Shown one piece after another: positions 47,974 to 62,058 of a DNA stretch of 64,000 bases (position 1 is the first letter of the stretch; every line of letters starts with the position of its first letter). Location of the stretch: NCBI GenBank assembly GCA_038230375.1, contig JBBRNJ010000001.1:232929-296928 (forward strand), given 5' to 3'. The notes below the pieces were generated by a model that was not told the DNA's origin, searched no databases, and worked only from the letters and a program-made list of their open reading frames with translations. Source of the DNA: Polyangiales bacterium (GTDB lineage Bacteria > Myxococcota_A > Polyangia > Polyangiales > Polyangiaceae). The translations under genes were made by a program, and so were the position numbers.

Positions 47974-49376
47974 GAGTCGCGAAGCGCCGCGTGAATACCG
48001 TCGGCAGCGCGACGACCGTCCGCGATGGCCCAGACCACGAGCGACTGACCGCGCGATGCGTCGCCGGTGGCGAAGACCTTCGGTACGCTCGTGCGGCCCG
48101 TCGCGTCGGTGGGGACGTTGCCGCGTGCATCCAGCGTGAGCCCGAGCAGCTCCGGAAGACCGCGCTCGGGGCCGGTGAAGCCCATGCACAGGAGGCATAG
48201 CTCGGTTGGAATGGAGAGGTCGGTCCCGGGCTGCGGCGTGATCTTTCCGCCACGCAGCTGCGCGCGCACCGCCGAGAGCCCTGCGAGCGTGCGCCCGTCC
48301 GCGGCGGCCACGAAGCCCGTGGTCATCACGCCGAAGTCGCGCTCGCAACCCTCTTCCTGCGATGACGATGTGCGGAAGACCAACGGCCACTCGGGCCATG
48401 GGTTCTCAGGCATCCGCGTGAGGCTCGGCCTGGGCATGAGCTCAAGCTGCATCACCGAGAGCGCGCCCTGACGGATCGACGTGCCCACGCAGTCGGAGCC
48501 AGTGTCGCCGCCACCAATGACGACCACGCGCTTGCCCGTTGCCAGGAGCTCCCGCTCCTTTGGCACGCTCACGCCCGCGACGCGATCGTTCTGCTGCGAG
48601 AGAAAGTCCATGGCGTAGTGCACACCGACGAGCTCACGCCCGGGTGTGGCAAGATCCCTGGGCACGCGCGAGCCGGTGGCAAGGAGCACGGCGTCGTAGG
48701 CGAAGAGGTCGTCCTTGGTGACGTCGCTGCCCACGTCGACGCGCGTGCGGAACGTGACGCCACGCGCGGCGAGCTCGTTCACGCGGTCGTCGATGAGCCA
48801 CTTTTCGAGCTTGAAATCCGGGATCCCGTAGCGGAGCAAACCACCGATTCGCGCGTCGCGCTCGAAGACGGTGACTGCGTGTCCGCGCTTCTGCAGCTCG
48901 TCGGCGGCAGCCAGACCCGCGGGGCCGGAGCCCACGATGGCGACCTTGCGGCCCGTGGGCGTGATGTCGATCGCGGCCAGCTTTGGGTGCGCGCGCGGGC
49001 TCCGAGCGATCGCGCGCTCGATGTCCTTGATGGTGACGGGCTCACCGTCCAGGTTGAGCACGCACGACGCCTCGCATGGGGCAGGACAGATGCGACCGGT
49101 GATCTCGGGGAAGTTGTTCGTGGCGAGCAGGCGGGCGGCCGCACCCTCCATGTCGCCGCGGTAGACCAGGTCGTTCCACTCCGGAATCAGGTTTCCCAGC
49201 GGACAGCCTTGATGGCAGAACGGTATGCCGCAGTCCATGCAGCGCGACGCCTGCGAGAGGAGCTCCTCCGGCGGCGGATCGATCGTGAACTCGTGCCAGG
49301 TCTTGATGCGCTCCGGAGCCGGGGCCTCCTTCGCCTTGTGCCGCTTCACCTTGAGGAACGCGCGCGGATCACCCAT
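47970..49376 (-). CDS. gltD: Glutamate synthase small subunit
   Basis: RCMDCGIPFCHQGCP, TNNFPE, GRICPAPCE, GSGPAG, GGGDTGSDC, RGQSLVVWAI. Confidence 0.96.
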   Translation of the reverse strand: MGDPRAFLKVKRHKAKEAPAPERIKTWHEFTIDPPPEELLSQASRCMDCGIPFCHQGCPLGNLIPEWNDLVYRGDMEGAAARLLATNNFPEITGRICPAPCEASCVLNLDGEPVTIKDIERAIARSPRAHPKLAAIDITPTGRKVAIVGSGPAGLAAADELQKRGHAVTVFERDARIGGLLRYGIPDFKLEKWLIDDRVNELAARGVTFRTRVDVGSDVTKDDLFAYDAVLLATGSRVPRDLATPGRELVGVHYAMDFLSQQNDRVAGVSVPKERELLATGKRVVVIGGGDTGSDCVGTSIRQGALSVMQLELMPRPSLTRMPENPWPEWPLVFRTSSSQEEGCERDFGVMTTGFVAAADGRTLAGLSAVRAQLRGGKITPQPGTDLSIPTELCLLCMGFTGPERGLPELLGLTLDARGNVPTDATGRTSVPKVFATGDASRGQSLVVWAIADGRRAADGIHAALRDS

Positions 49377-49377
49377 G

Positions 49378-53892
<4,515 letters not shown>

Positions 53893-54183
53893 TGCGAAGC
53901 GAGCATAGCGCGACCCTGACGCGACGCGCCAGATGCCCACGCTGAGAGGCGACGCACGCGACATGGGACTACACCAGCACGTGTAGGCAGCTCACCGAGA
54001 CGGCGCGCATCCGGCGCCAACGTGTGCGAAATCTGCGGCGATTTGCCGAAGATTTCAGCGCCTGCACACCATCAACAACTTGATACGCGAAGGAGACGGT
54101 GACACGATTTCAAATAGGGGAGTTCGTCGGCGAAGACTAGCTGATGCCTGCCCGACGCTGATGAAGAAAGTGAGCATGCGCTG

Positions 54184-55707
54184 ATGAGAATGCCGAGACT
54201 CGCGACGTGGACCTTCGTTCTGGCCCTTCCCGTCACCGCCTGGGTGGTCGCGTGCGGCGGAGGAACTGACTCCACGTTCAACGGCAACAACACGGACCAG
54301 CTCACAGGTGACACCGACGGCGGCGACGAGGGCGGCTCGGTCCCGCACCTTGGCGGCAACAACCACACGGACAGCGGAAGCAACGGCGGCGGCGGCAGCA
54401 ACGTGGATGGTGGACCGCAGTGCGTGTCCGGCCTCTGCAAGCAGCAGGTCTATTGTGGCGCCACCGCTCACACCACGATCAGTGGTCAGGTCTTCAATCC
54501 TGCGGGCACGACGCCGCTCTACAACGTCCTCGTCTACGTTCCCAATCACCCCGAGCAGGTCGCTGCGATCACCCACGGCGCGAGCTGCGATCGCTGCGGC
54601 TCCGTCTCCGGCGATCCGCTCGTCTCTGCGATCACCGACACGCACGGCAAGTTCACGCTGACGGATGTGCCCGTCGGCACCGACATCCCGCTCGTCATCC
54701 AGGTCGGCAAGTGGCGCCGACAGATCAAGATCCCCACGGTCGCGAAATGCGTCGACACTCCGCTCACCGACGTCACCCAGACGCGCCTGCCGAAGAACAA
54801 GACGGAGGGCGACATCCCGCTCATTGCGCTCACGACAGGCGGCGCGGACAGCCTGGAGTGCTTCCTCCGTTCGAGCAAGGTCGGTCTCGACGACAGCGAG
54901 TTCACGCAGCCCGGCGGCGGCGGCAGCGTCAACCTGTACGGCGGCGTCGCCGGCAGCGCGAAGTACGCGCCCGGGGTCAACGCTGGCGCGACGTTCCCCG
55001 CGGCGGACCACCCCTTCTGGGACGACGTGAACAAGCTGAAGGTCTACGACATGGTCGTGCTCTCCTGCGAAGGCAACCTGTACGAAGGCACTGGCGGCAT
55101 TGCCAAGTCGCAGACGAAGAACCAGACGACCTACGACGCGATGTACGCGTACACATCGATGGGCGGCCGCATGTTCGCCACCCACTGGCACCGCGGCTTC
55201 TTCTCCGAGCAGGCGAGCATGGCCATGACCGGCACGTTTGCCGACAACGGCGACCCGGGCGATCCCGCGGACGGCCTCATCAACGACACGTTCCCCAAGG
55301 GTCAGGCGTTCCGCGACTGGCTCGTGAACGTCAACGCGACGCCCACGGTCGATCACCTGAGCATCTCCGCGCCGCGCGATAACGTACAGGCCGTGACCAC
55401 CATGGCCACCCAGTGGGTGTCCACGCAGAGCGGCGGCCACAATGTCGTCGAGTACATGACCGCGAACACGCCGATCGGCGCAGCGGACGACAAGGTCTGT
55501 GGCCGCGCAGTCTTCAGCGATCTCCACGTCGGCGGCGCGAGCAAAGACAAGGTCGGTCAGCCGTGGCCCACCGGCTGCACGAGCGTCGGTCTCACACCGC
55601 AGGAGAAGGCCCTCGAGTTCCTGCTCTTCGACCTCTCGTCGTGCGTGCAGAGCGACACGAAGCCCCCCATGCCTCCGCCGACCGGCGGTGGCGGCGGCGT
55701 GAAGTGA
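54184..55707 (+). CDS. Lipoprotein with a carboxypeptidase-regulatory-like beta domain plus an alpha/beta domain (paralogue 1)
   Basis: VVAC lipobox; ISGQVFNPAG, GKFTL, QVGKWRRQ, TGGADSLEC, LSCEG, GGRMFATH, QEKALEFLLFDLSSC. Confidence 0.8.
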   Translation: MRMPRLATWTFVLALPVTAWVVACGGGTDSTFNGNNTDQLTGDTDGGDEGGSVPHLGGNNHTDSGSNGGGGSNVDGGPQCVSGLCKQQVYCGATAHTTISGQVFNPAGTTPLYNVLVYVPNHPEQVAAITHGASCDRCGSVSGDPLVSAITDTHGKFTLTDVPVGTDIPLVIQVGKWRRQIKIPTVAKCVDTPLTDVTQTRLPKNKTEGDIPLIALTTGGADSLECFLRSSKVGLDDSEFTQPGGGGSVNLYGGVAGSAKYAPGVNAGATFPAADHPFWDDVNKLKVYDMVVLSCEGNLYEGTGGIAKSQTKNQTTYDAMYAYTSMGGRMFATHWHRGFFSEQASMAMTGTFADNGDPGDPADGLINDTFPKGQAFRDWLVNVNATPTVDHLSISAPRDNVQAVTTMATQWVSTQSGGHNVVEYMTANTPIGAADDKVCGRAVFSDLHVGGASKDKVGQPWPTGCTSVGLTPQEKALEFLLFDLSSCVQSDTKPPMPPPTGGGGGVK

Positions 55708-55744
55708 GAGGACACCCGAACGCGAACGTGGGAGCATACAGCTC

Positions 55745-57259
55745 ATGTCGATGCCGAGACTAGCGACGTGGGCGTGTGCTCTTGCCATCCCGCTGGCTTG
55801 CTGGGTCGGCGCGTGCGGTGGCGGCGACGAATCCACGTTCGACGGCGGCACCGACCCGCAGAACAACAACAACACCGGCGACGAGGGCGGCGTGATCCCG
55901 CACCTCGGCGGCGGCGAGGGCGGCGCAGCGGACAGCGGCAACAACCTGCCTCCGTGCGTCGACGGTCTCTGCAAGCAGCAGGTCGCATGCAGCGGAGGCG
56001 GGCACACGACGATCAGCGGTCAGGTGTACGACCCCGCGGGCGTAACGCCGCTCTACAACGTCCTCGTCTACGTTCCGAACCACCCGGACAAGGTCGCGGC
56101 GATCGTCCACGGCGCGAGCTGTGATCGCTGCGGCTCCGTCTCCGGTGATCCGCTGGTCTCCGCGATCACGGACACGCACGGCAAGTTCACGCTCACGGAC
56201 GTCCCCGTGGGCTCGGACATCCCCGTGATCATCCAGGTCGGCAAGTGGCGCCGGCAGCTGAAGATCCCGACGGTCCCGCAGTGTGTGGACACCGCCCTCA
56301 CCGACAAGAACCTCACGCGCCTGCCGAAGAACCAGCAAGAGGGCGACATCCCCCTCATCGCGATCACCACCGGCGGCGCGGACTCGCTCGAGTGCTTCCT
56401 CCGCAGCTCGAAGCTCGGCCTCGACGAGAAGGAGTTCACGCTCCCCGGCGGTGGCGGCGCGGTCAACTTCTACCAGGGCGTTGGTAACTCCGCAGGCAAG
56501 TACGAGACGGTGGCGAAGGACGCGACCATCGACCCCGCGTCCGCGAACAAGGCGTTCCCCACCGCGCAGACGTTCTGGGCGGACAGCACGCAGCTCATGA
56601 AATACGATCTGGTGCTGCTCTCGTGTGAAGGCTCCAGCACGAACACCCCGCAGGTACAGAACAAGAGCCAGGCGGCCTACGACGCGATGTACCAGTACGG
56701 CGCTGCGGGTGGCCGCATCTTCGCGACGCACTGGCACTACATCTGGTTCTCCGGTGAACCGGTGCTCAACCCCGCCGGCGTGAACTGGGCCGGCGACGGC
56801 AATGGCGGAAACCCGGACCCAGGCGACCCCGCAGATGCCCTGGTCAACGACACCTTCCCGAAGGGCCAGGCGTTTCGCGACTGGCTCGTGAACGTCGGCG
56901 CCTCCACCACGCCCGATCACATCAGCGTCGGCCAGCCGAGGTACAACGTGGACAGTACGTCTGCCGCGGCCACCACGTGGATGACCATGAACAACCACAC
57001 GGCGTACATGACGGTGAACCTGCCGTATGCGGCGACGGACGACAAGATCTGCGGACGCGCGGTGTACAGCGACCTCCACATCGGCGGCGCCAAGATCGGC
57101 GGCAAGACGGACTCGGCGAGCGCCGTGTGGCCCGACGGCTGCGCGACCACCGGTATGAGCGCGCAGGAGAAGGCCCTCGAGTTCCTGCTCTTCGATCTCT
57201 CGTCGTGCGTGCAGAGCGACACCAAGCCGCCCGCACCGCCCCCGCCGGGCGTGAAGTAG
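55745..57259 (+). CDS. Lipoprotein, paralogue 2 (tandem duplicate of 54184-55707)
   Basis: VGAC lipobox; same motifs, with long near-identical stretches. Confidence 0.8.
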   Translation: MSMPRLATWACALAIPLACWVGACGGGDESTFDGGTDPQNNNNTGDEGGVIPHLGGGEGGAADSGNNLPPCVDGLCKQQVACSGGGHTTISGQVYDPAGVTPLYNVLVYVPNHPDKVAAIVHGASCDRCGSVSGDPLVSAITDTHGKFTLTDVPVGSDIPVIIQVGKWRRQLKIPTVPQCVDTALTDKNLTRLPKNQQEGDIPLIAITTGGADSLECFLRSSKLGLDEKEFTLPGGGGAVNFYQGVGNSAGKYETVAKDATIDPASANKAFPTAQTFWADSTQLMKYDLVLLSCEGSSTNTPQVQNKSQAAYDAMYQYGAAGGRIFATHWHYIWFSGEPVLNPAGVNWAGDGNGGNPDPGDPADALVNDTFPKGQAFRDWLVNVGASTTPDHISVGQPRYNVDSTSAAATTWMTMNNHTAYMTVNLPYAATDDKICGRAVYSDLHIGGAKIGGKTDSASAVWPDGCATTGMSAQEKALEFLLFDLSSCVQSDTKPPAPPPPGVK

Positions 57260-57316
57260 ACGGGAAAACACGGCACTTCGTGGACCGATAGTACCAACTG
57301 ATACTATCTTCGCCGC

Positions 57317-58219
57317 ATGACTCCGAGGAACGCGTGGCTCTGCTGCATGACCGCGTGGATGTGTGTCGCGTGCAGTCGTGAGCCCCAGCCGCTGGTGATC
57401 GCGTCCACGGTTGCGCCATCCTCGGCGACTGCAACCGTTGCGAGCTCGCGTGCCGTTGCGAGCTCACGTGCCGGCAACACGTCACACACTCCGCTCGACG
57501 ACGAACAGGCGGCGCAGCTGGTCGCTGACCTGTGCGACACCATCGCATTCAGCTCCGCGGAGAACCCCGGAGCGGCGGGCGAGTACACACGCGTGCGACG
57601 AGACGCGTGCAAGACGGGCCTTGCCGGCTTCCGCATTCGCACCGACCGCGCGAAGATGCCCGCATGCAAGGCGGACCTCGCCGCGCACCCGCCTCACCTC
57701 GACGACGACCTGTGGCTGAGCGCGCCGTGCCTTGCCGCCGTTACGCGGGAGCGAGCCATTGGCGCGTCGTGCGGCAGCGCGGGCACTTGCGGAACCAACG
57801 GTTGCAACCCCACGACGTGGATGTGCGAGCGCGCAAAGACAAAGGGAGAAGCCTGCCTCTCCGACAGCCAGTGCACCGACTCGTTGTTCTGCGATCGCGT
57901 CACAGGGCAGCCCGCCGGAGCATGCGTCGACCGCGCCGAGGATGGCGCTGCGTGCTCCAACGCGCTCCGCTGCAGGGGCGGTCGCCACTGCCTGGAGGGC
58001 CGCTGCTCGCTCACGCCGGCACGGGTGGGAGAGCGCTGCGAGGTCTACGACCTTCATGGATGCGACGACGGCTACCAATGCTCGCTACCGAACGACACGA
58101 GAAAGACCGAATACATCTGCATGCCGGGCCTCCGGGCCGGCGAGGCCTGTCACCTTGCGGGGCAGTGCGCGAGCGGCGGGTGCCTGCCCCAGCGCGGCGA
58201 CAAGAAAACGTGTATGTGA
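57317..58219 (+). CDS. Cys-rich lipoprotein
   Basis: CVAC lipobox; repeated G(E/A)xC-x4/5-C-x-x-G-x-x-C modules. Confidence 0.75.
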   Translation: MTPRNAWLCCMTAWMCVACSREPQPLVIASTVAPSSATATVASSRAVASSRAGNTSHTPLDDEQAAQLVADLCDTIAFSSAENPGAAGEYTRVRRDACKTGLAGFRIRTDRAKMPACKADLAAHPPHLDDDLWLSAPCLAAVTRERAIGASCGSAGTCGTNGCNPTTWMCERAKTKGEACLSDSQCTDSLFCDRVTGQPAGACVDRAEDGAACSNALRCRGGRHCLEGRCSLTPARVGERCEVYDLHGCDDGYQCSLPNDTRKTEYICMPGLRAGEACHLAGQCASGGCLPQRGDKKTCM

Positions 58220-58222
58220 TCT

Positions 58223-59593
58223 CTACTTTGGCGCGGAGGGCGGCGCGAGGTCGCTCTGGATGCAGCTCGAGAGATCCCAGAAGAGGAACTCCAGCGCCTT
58301 CTGCTGCGGCGTGAGCGCTGCGCCTGCTGCGGGCGAGCAGCCACCAGGGAACGACGCCTCACTCTTGTTGGACACGTGGAGATCACCGAACACCACGCGG
58401 CCGCACTGATCTGCGGGCTTGGCTGCGATGGGCGCGTTGAAGGAGAAGTACTTCACGTTGCTCGCGTCGTGAGCGATCCACGACTGCGCCTGCATGCTCA
58501 CCGTGGAGGTGCTGGCCGTGACGCCCGTGAGCGGCAGCGTGCCTTCGGTCTTGGAGGCGCCCGTGTTCACCAGCCACTTCGCGAACGACTTGCCCTTGGG
58601 GAAGGTCTCGTCCACGGCGTAGTCGCCGTCCGTGGAGTAGTTGCCGGTCCACGATGCGATCTTGGTGAAGTCGAACTGCGGAGACGCCTTGAACCACACG
58701 TAGTGGTAGTGCGTGGCGAAGACGCGACCGCCCGCCTCGATGTAGTCGTGCATGGCCTGGCGGTTGTTCTTGTTCTCCGGGTGCTCGCCGTCCTCGCAGG
58801 AGAGCGCGAGGATGTCGAAGTCGCTCATCTTGGCTTTGTCTTGCCAGAGGTTGTCGCCGGCAGTCGGGATCTTGCCGTTGTCGTTGAAGCCGTCCGCACC
58901 CGCGAACATGTGTACGTGACCAGTGCCGCCCTTGCCGTAGACGAACTCGCTCTGATCAAGGCCGATGTTGAGCAGGAGACACTCGAGCGAGTCTGCGCCG
59001 CCCGTGGTGACGGCGATCTGCGGCATGTCGCCGTCCATCGCCCTGGATGGGAGCTTCACGGGGCCGGAGAGCTTGTTCTCTGCGCACTTCGCGCCGACGT
59101 CGATGCTCACACGCCGGCGCCACTTGCCCAGCTGCACCACGACGGGCACGCCCGACATGAACGGCACGTCCGTGAGCGTGAAGTTTCCGTTCTCGTCCGT
59201 GAGGGTGCTCACGACTGGATTGAGTGCAGTCGCTCCGCACTTGTCGCAGCTCACGCCCGTGCCGAGCGGCGGGAGCGGGGCGCTCGGATCTTGTGGGATG
59301 TAGACGATGGCATTGTAGATCGGGTTCTTGCCCGCCGGGTCCAGCACCTGGCCCGTGATCGTCGTCTTCGGGCCTGCGCCGCACGCGGCCCGGTTGCAGC
59401 CGATACCCTGGCACTGCCCGCCGCCACCTTCGCCGCCACCACCGAAGCCAGTGCCGCCCTCGGCGCCTGCGTCGTCGGCGGTGTTGTTGCTGCCGCTGTC
59501 ACCACACGACGCAGAGAACACCGTCGTTGCAACGAGCCACGCAGCGGACGCAACAACGGTGATCGCGCCGCGACGATGGGTAGTGGAGCGCAT
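58223..59593 (-). CDS. Lipoprotein, paralogue 3 (inverted, more divergent)
   Basis: SASC lipobox; QLGKWRR, TGGADSLEC, LSCED, GGRVFATH, QQKALEFLFWDLSSC. Confidence 0.8.
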   Translation of the reverse strand: MRSTTHRRGAITVVASAAWLVATTVFSASCGDSGSNNTADDAGAEGGTGFGGGGEGGGGQCQGIGCNRAACGAGPKTTITGQVLDPAGKNPIYNAIVYIPQDPSAPLPPLGTGVSCDKCGATALNPVVSTLTDENGNFTLTDVPFMSGVPVVVQLGKWRRRVSIDVGAKCAENKLSGPVKLPSRAMDGDMPQIAVTTGGADSLECLLLNIGLDQSEFVYGKGGTGHVHMFAGADGFNDNGKIPTAGDNLWQDKAKMSDFDILALSCEDGEHPENKNNRQAMHDYIEAGGRVFATHYHYVWFKASPQFDFTKIASWTGNYSTDGDYAVDETFPKGKSFAKWLVNTGASKTEGTLPLTGVTASTSTVSMQAQSWIAHDASNVKYFSFNAPIAAKPADQCGRVVFGDLHVSNKSEASFPGGCSPAAGAALTPQQKALEFLFWDLSSCIQSDLAPPSAPK

Positions 59594-59641
59594 GAGATCA
59601 AGGCTCCCAAGTCTGGGCCAGAATGCAATAGGCTTCCGAGA

Positions 59642-59998
59642 ATGACGGCAAGGATCGCAGCATGGGCCACACTCCTTCTTGGCGTGCTCACGCTGTGTGC
59701 ATGCGGTCCGGCCCCCGCGAACGGCAAGGGCCCCGGCTATCCGCCGCGCGCGGCTGGCTGCGAGATCAAGGTGTATGGAGACGCGCCGCCAGGCCGTAGC
59801 GACAACATCGGCCCGGTCTCGGCGAAGTGCACGCTGGACATCAGCAAGGACGACTGCCTGCGCACGCTGAAGGATCAGGCGTGCAAGGTGGGCGCGGACA
59901 CCCTCTGGGGCGTCAACGAGCAGGGCGAGCAGAAGGACGGAAAGATGTACTTCTACGGACGCGCCGCGAAGGCGCTACCGCCGGGGCCCGCGCAGTAG
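59642..59998 (+). CDS. Small lipoprotein, possibly YbjQ/RcsF-like fold
   Basis: ATG 59642; LCAC lipobox; IGPVSAKC...LKDQACKVGADTL. Confidence 0.7.
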   Translation: MTARIAAWATLLLGVLTLCACGPAPANGKGPGYPPRAAGCEIKVYGDAPPGRSDNIGPVSAKCTLDISKDDCLRTLKDQACKVGADTLWGVNEQGEQKDGKMYFYGRAAKALPPGPAQ

Positions 59999-59999
59999 C

Positions 60000-60452
60000 T
60001 CAGGACTTCTGGATCTTCGAGCCGAACATCACGCGCGAGACGATGGCCGCCACGAGCATGGGAATGACGACCATGCCGAGCACGACCCACGGCCCGCCCT
60101 TCCAGTAGTTCCACGGACGAAGCACGGCGTAGCTGGCAAGGAATGCGAGCGGCGATGCGAACGCCGAGAGCCACGCCTTCTTGCCGGCCGGAAGCTGACG
60201 CACGCGAATGGCGAGGAGCAGCACGTCGATGAGCGCGAGCAGGAGCATGTACACGAACGACACGATGGTGCCGGCGAGCATGCCGATGCCCCACACGACC
60301 CAGCGGTTCACGTATTTGAACTCGGGGCCAAACGCGGCGAAGAGCGACACCGCTCCGTACACGGAGAGCCAGGGCGCGATGAGCAGTGGAGCAACCCACC
60401 CCTTGATCGTGGGCCGCTCGTAACGCTCGGTGGACTTCGTGTCGTTCGCCAT
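60000..60452 (-). CDS. Four-helix membrane hypothetical protein
   Basis: Four hydrophobic segments; GGAG upstream; start at 60452 or 60458. Confidence 0.75.
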   Translation of the reverse strand: MANDTKSTERYERPTIKGWVAPLLIAPWLSVYGAVSLFAAFGPEFKYVNRWVVWGIGMLAGTIVSFVYMLLLALIDVLLLAIRVRQLPAGKKAWLSAFASPLAFLASYAVLRPWNYWKGGPWVVLGMVVIPMLVAAIVSRVMFGSKIQKS

Positions 60453-60527
60453 GGTCACAGTCTCCGCTCCTATAGACGTAGCACCCCCGGAAAAGACTCA
60501 CCCGGTTCGAATCACGATAACCACGGT

Positions 60528-60677
60528 GTCGACTGCGACAACGACTTCGACTTCGACTTCGACTTCGACCTCGACCTCGACCTTGACTTCAACCTCGACC
60601 TCGACCTGAACCTCGACCTCGACATGAACCTCGACCTGAACCTCGACCTCGACCTCGACTTCGTCAGCGACTTCAAC
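60528..60677. repeat. Intergenic hexamer tandem repeat (YTCGAC)n, about 25 units
   Basis: cttcga/cctcga units with ctgaac, ttcaac and atgaac variants. Confidence 0.92.
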
Positions 60678-60965
60678 TCAGTGCATGCACTGATCGATTG
60701 CGTCGACCGTGTCGGCGGTTCGCACACATTGCATCATGCTGTCGGTGATTCTTCGGCCGAGGCAGCCCTTCATGGACTCCGAGAACTGGCTGCGGATGTC
60801 CTGCTGCTTCTTGGCGATCGCCGCGGGGTCGTTGATGTTCATCTTCTTCATCTGGACCTCGACGTTGCGATCGACGATCGCGCTGCAGTCGGCCTCCGTC
60901 GCCTTCCGGCCGCAGCCAGCGAGCAAAACAAGCCCAACGATTCCAGTCCCAAACAGTCGTCTCAT
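60678..60965 (-). CDS. Small helical lipoprotein with four Cys in the mature chain
   Basis: LLAGC lipobox; C...C-x10-C-x12-C spacing. Confidence 0.75.
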   Translation of the reverse strand: MRRLFGTGIVGLVLLAGCGRKATEADCSAIVDRNVEVQMKKMNINDPAAIAKKQQDIRSQFSESMKGCLGRRITDSMMQCVRTADTVDAIDQCMH

Positions 60966-61135
60966 CGGTTCCGAACTCTACTACCCCACCCCTGCGTGTG
61001 AAACCCGCCAACCACCCCAAATCCTTCCGCCCTTCCGTACCTATCCCAAGCTGAGCTACGTGGATTTGCTGCGGCGACACGGGCGTCACGTGCGCAAACG
61101 TGCAGTTTGCACTCAAAAGTGCTAGTTTTGGATGA

Positions 61136-61867
61136 GTGCGGGTAGCGAAACCCCTTCTACCAGAGGACTTTTTGCGCAAGGCGATGGCCGCCAAGACGGC
61201 TCGCTCGAGGGCCATGCACGCACGAAAAGGGCTGGCCACGCACGCGCCGCTCGACCCGACCACGCACACGATGCTGCTGCGGCAACTCTATCTCTCGCTG
61301 TTCGAGGCACGCAGGTTCTCGGAGGCCGTGGACATCGCGACCCAGGCGCTCGCGCTCAACGTCCTGCCCGACGTGCTGAGCCAGGATGCCGCGCGGGCTG
61401 CGCTGGCGGACGGCGACCTGCAGACCGCCGTGATACATCTGCGCGTTGCGACACGGCGCGGGCCTGCATCGCGGCGCCCTTTTCATTTCTGGACGCTGGG
61501 AAGCGCGCTGTTCCTTGCGCGGCGTTACGACGAAGCGATCGCCGCGCTGGAGCGAGCTGCGCGATGGGGCACACGCGACAAGCCGCTCTACCGCGCGCAC
61601 CTCGCGCTCGCGAAGATCGCAGGGGGCGAGCCCGTCTCACACCTGCAAGAGACCATCAACGCGCTCGCAGAGGCGCCGTGCGGACAGGGCTATGGGCGCT
61701 TCGTGCTCGGTCATCTGGCGTATGCGGCGGGCGAATGGAACGCCGCGCGACGCTACCTGGAGGCGTTCGTGCGTCGCACCACGCAGTCCCGACCGGCACT
61801 GGCGATCGCGCTCGAGGGCGAGCTCACCATGGCGAAATCCACGCTCGCCAAGATGGCGTCGAACTGA
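61136..61867 (+). CDS. TPR-repeat protein
   Basis: LGSALFLARRYDEAIAALERA and LGHLAYAAGEWNAARRYL. The start may be ATG 61184. Confidence 0.75.
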   Translation: MRVAKPLLPEDFLRKAMAAKTARSRAMHARKGLATHAPLDPTTHTMLLRQLYLSLFEARRFSEAVDIATQALALNVLPDVLSQDAARAALADGDLQTAVIHLRVATRRGPASRRPFHFWTLGSALFLARRYDEAIAALERAARWGTRDKPLYRAHLALAKIAGGEPVSHLQETINALAEAPCGQGYGRFVLGHLAYAAGEWNAARRYLEAFVRRTTQSRPALAIALEGELTMAKSTLAKMASN

Positions 61868-62058
61868 GGCGTGCACCGACCTCGCTGGTCTACGCTCGAT
61901 CCAGCGGAGCTGCGGTGGCGGAGTCACTCGTGGTTGCAGGTGGTACCTGGCATCTCGTCAAAGATCGCTCGCGCACCGATGACCAGGAGTTTATGATCGT
62001 ATCGTGCGGCGGACCCCTCGGCTTCGAGTGGTCGCCGTAGGTGCACAAGGAGGATTCT

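Noticed and set aside
54460..56420. Diversity-generating retroelement template/variable repeat pair
   Set aside because: The similarity reflects whole-gene duplication with mostly third-position C/G differences, not adenine-specific changes, and no reverse transcriptase is present.
60512..61001. ORFs translating as SRSRSR or DLDLDL (also 8883-9296 and 18009-18266)
   Set aside because: Alternative-frame readings of the hexamer repeat, overlapping better-supported genes.
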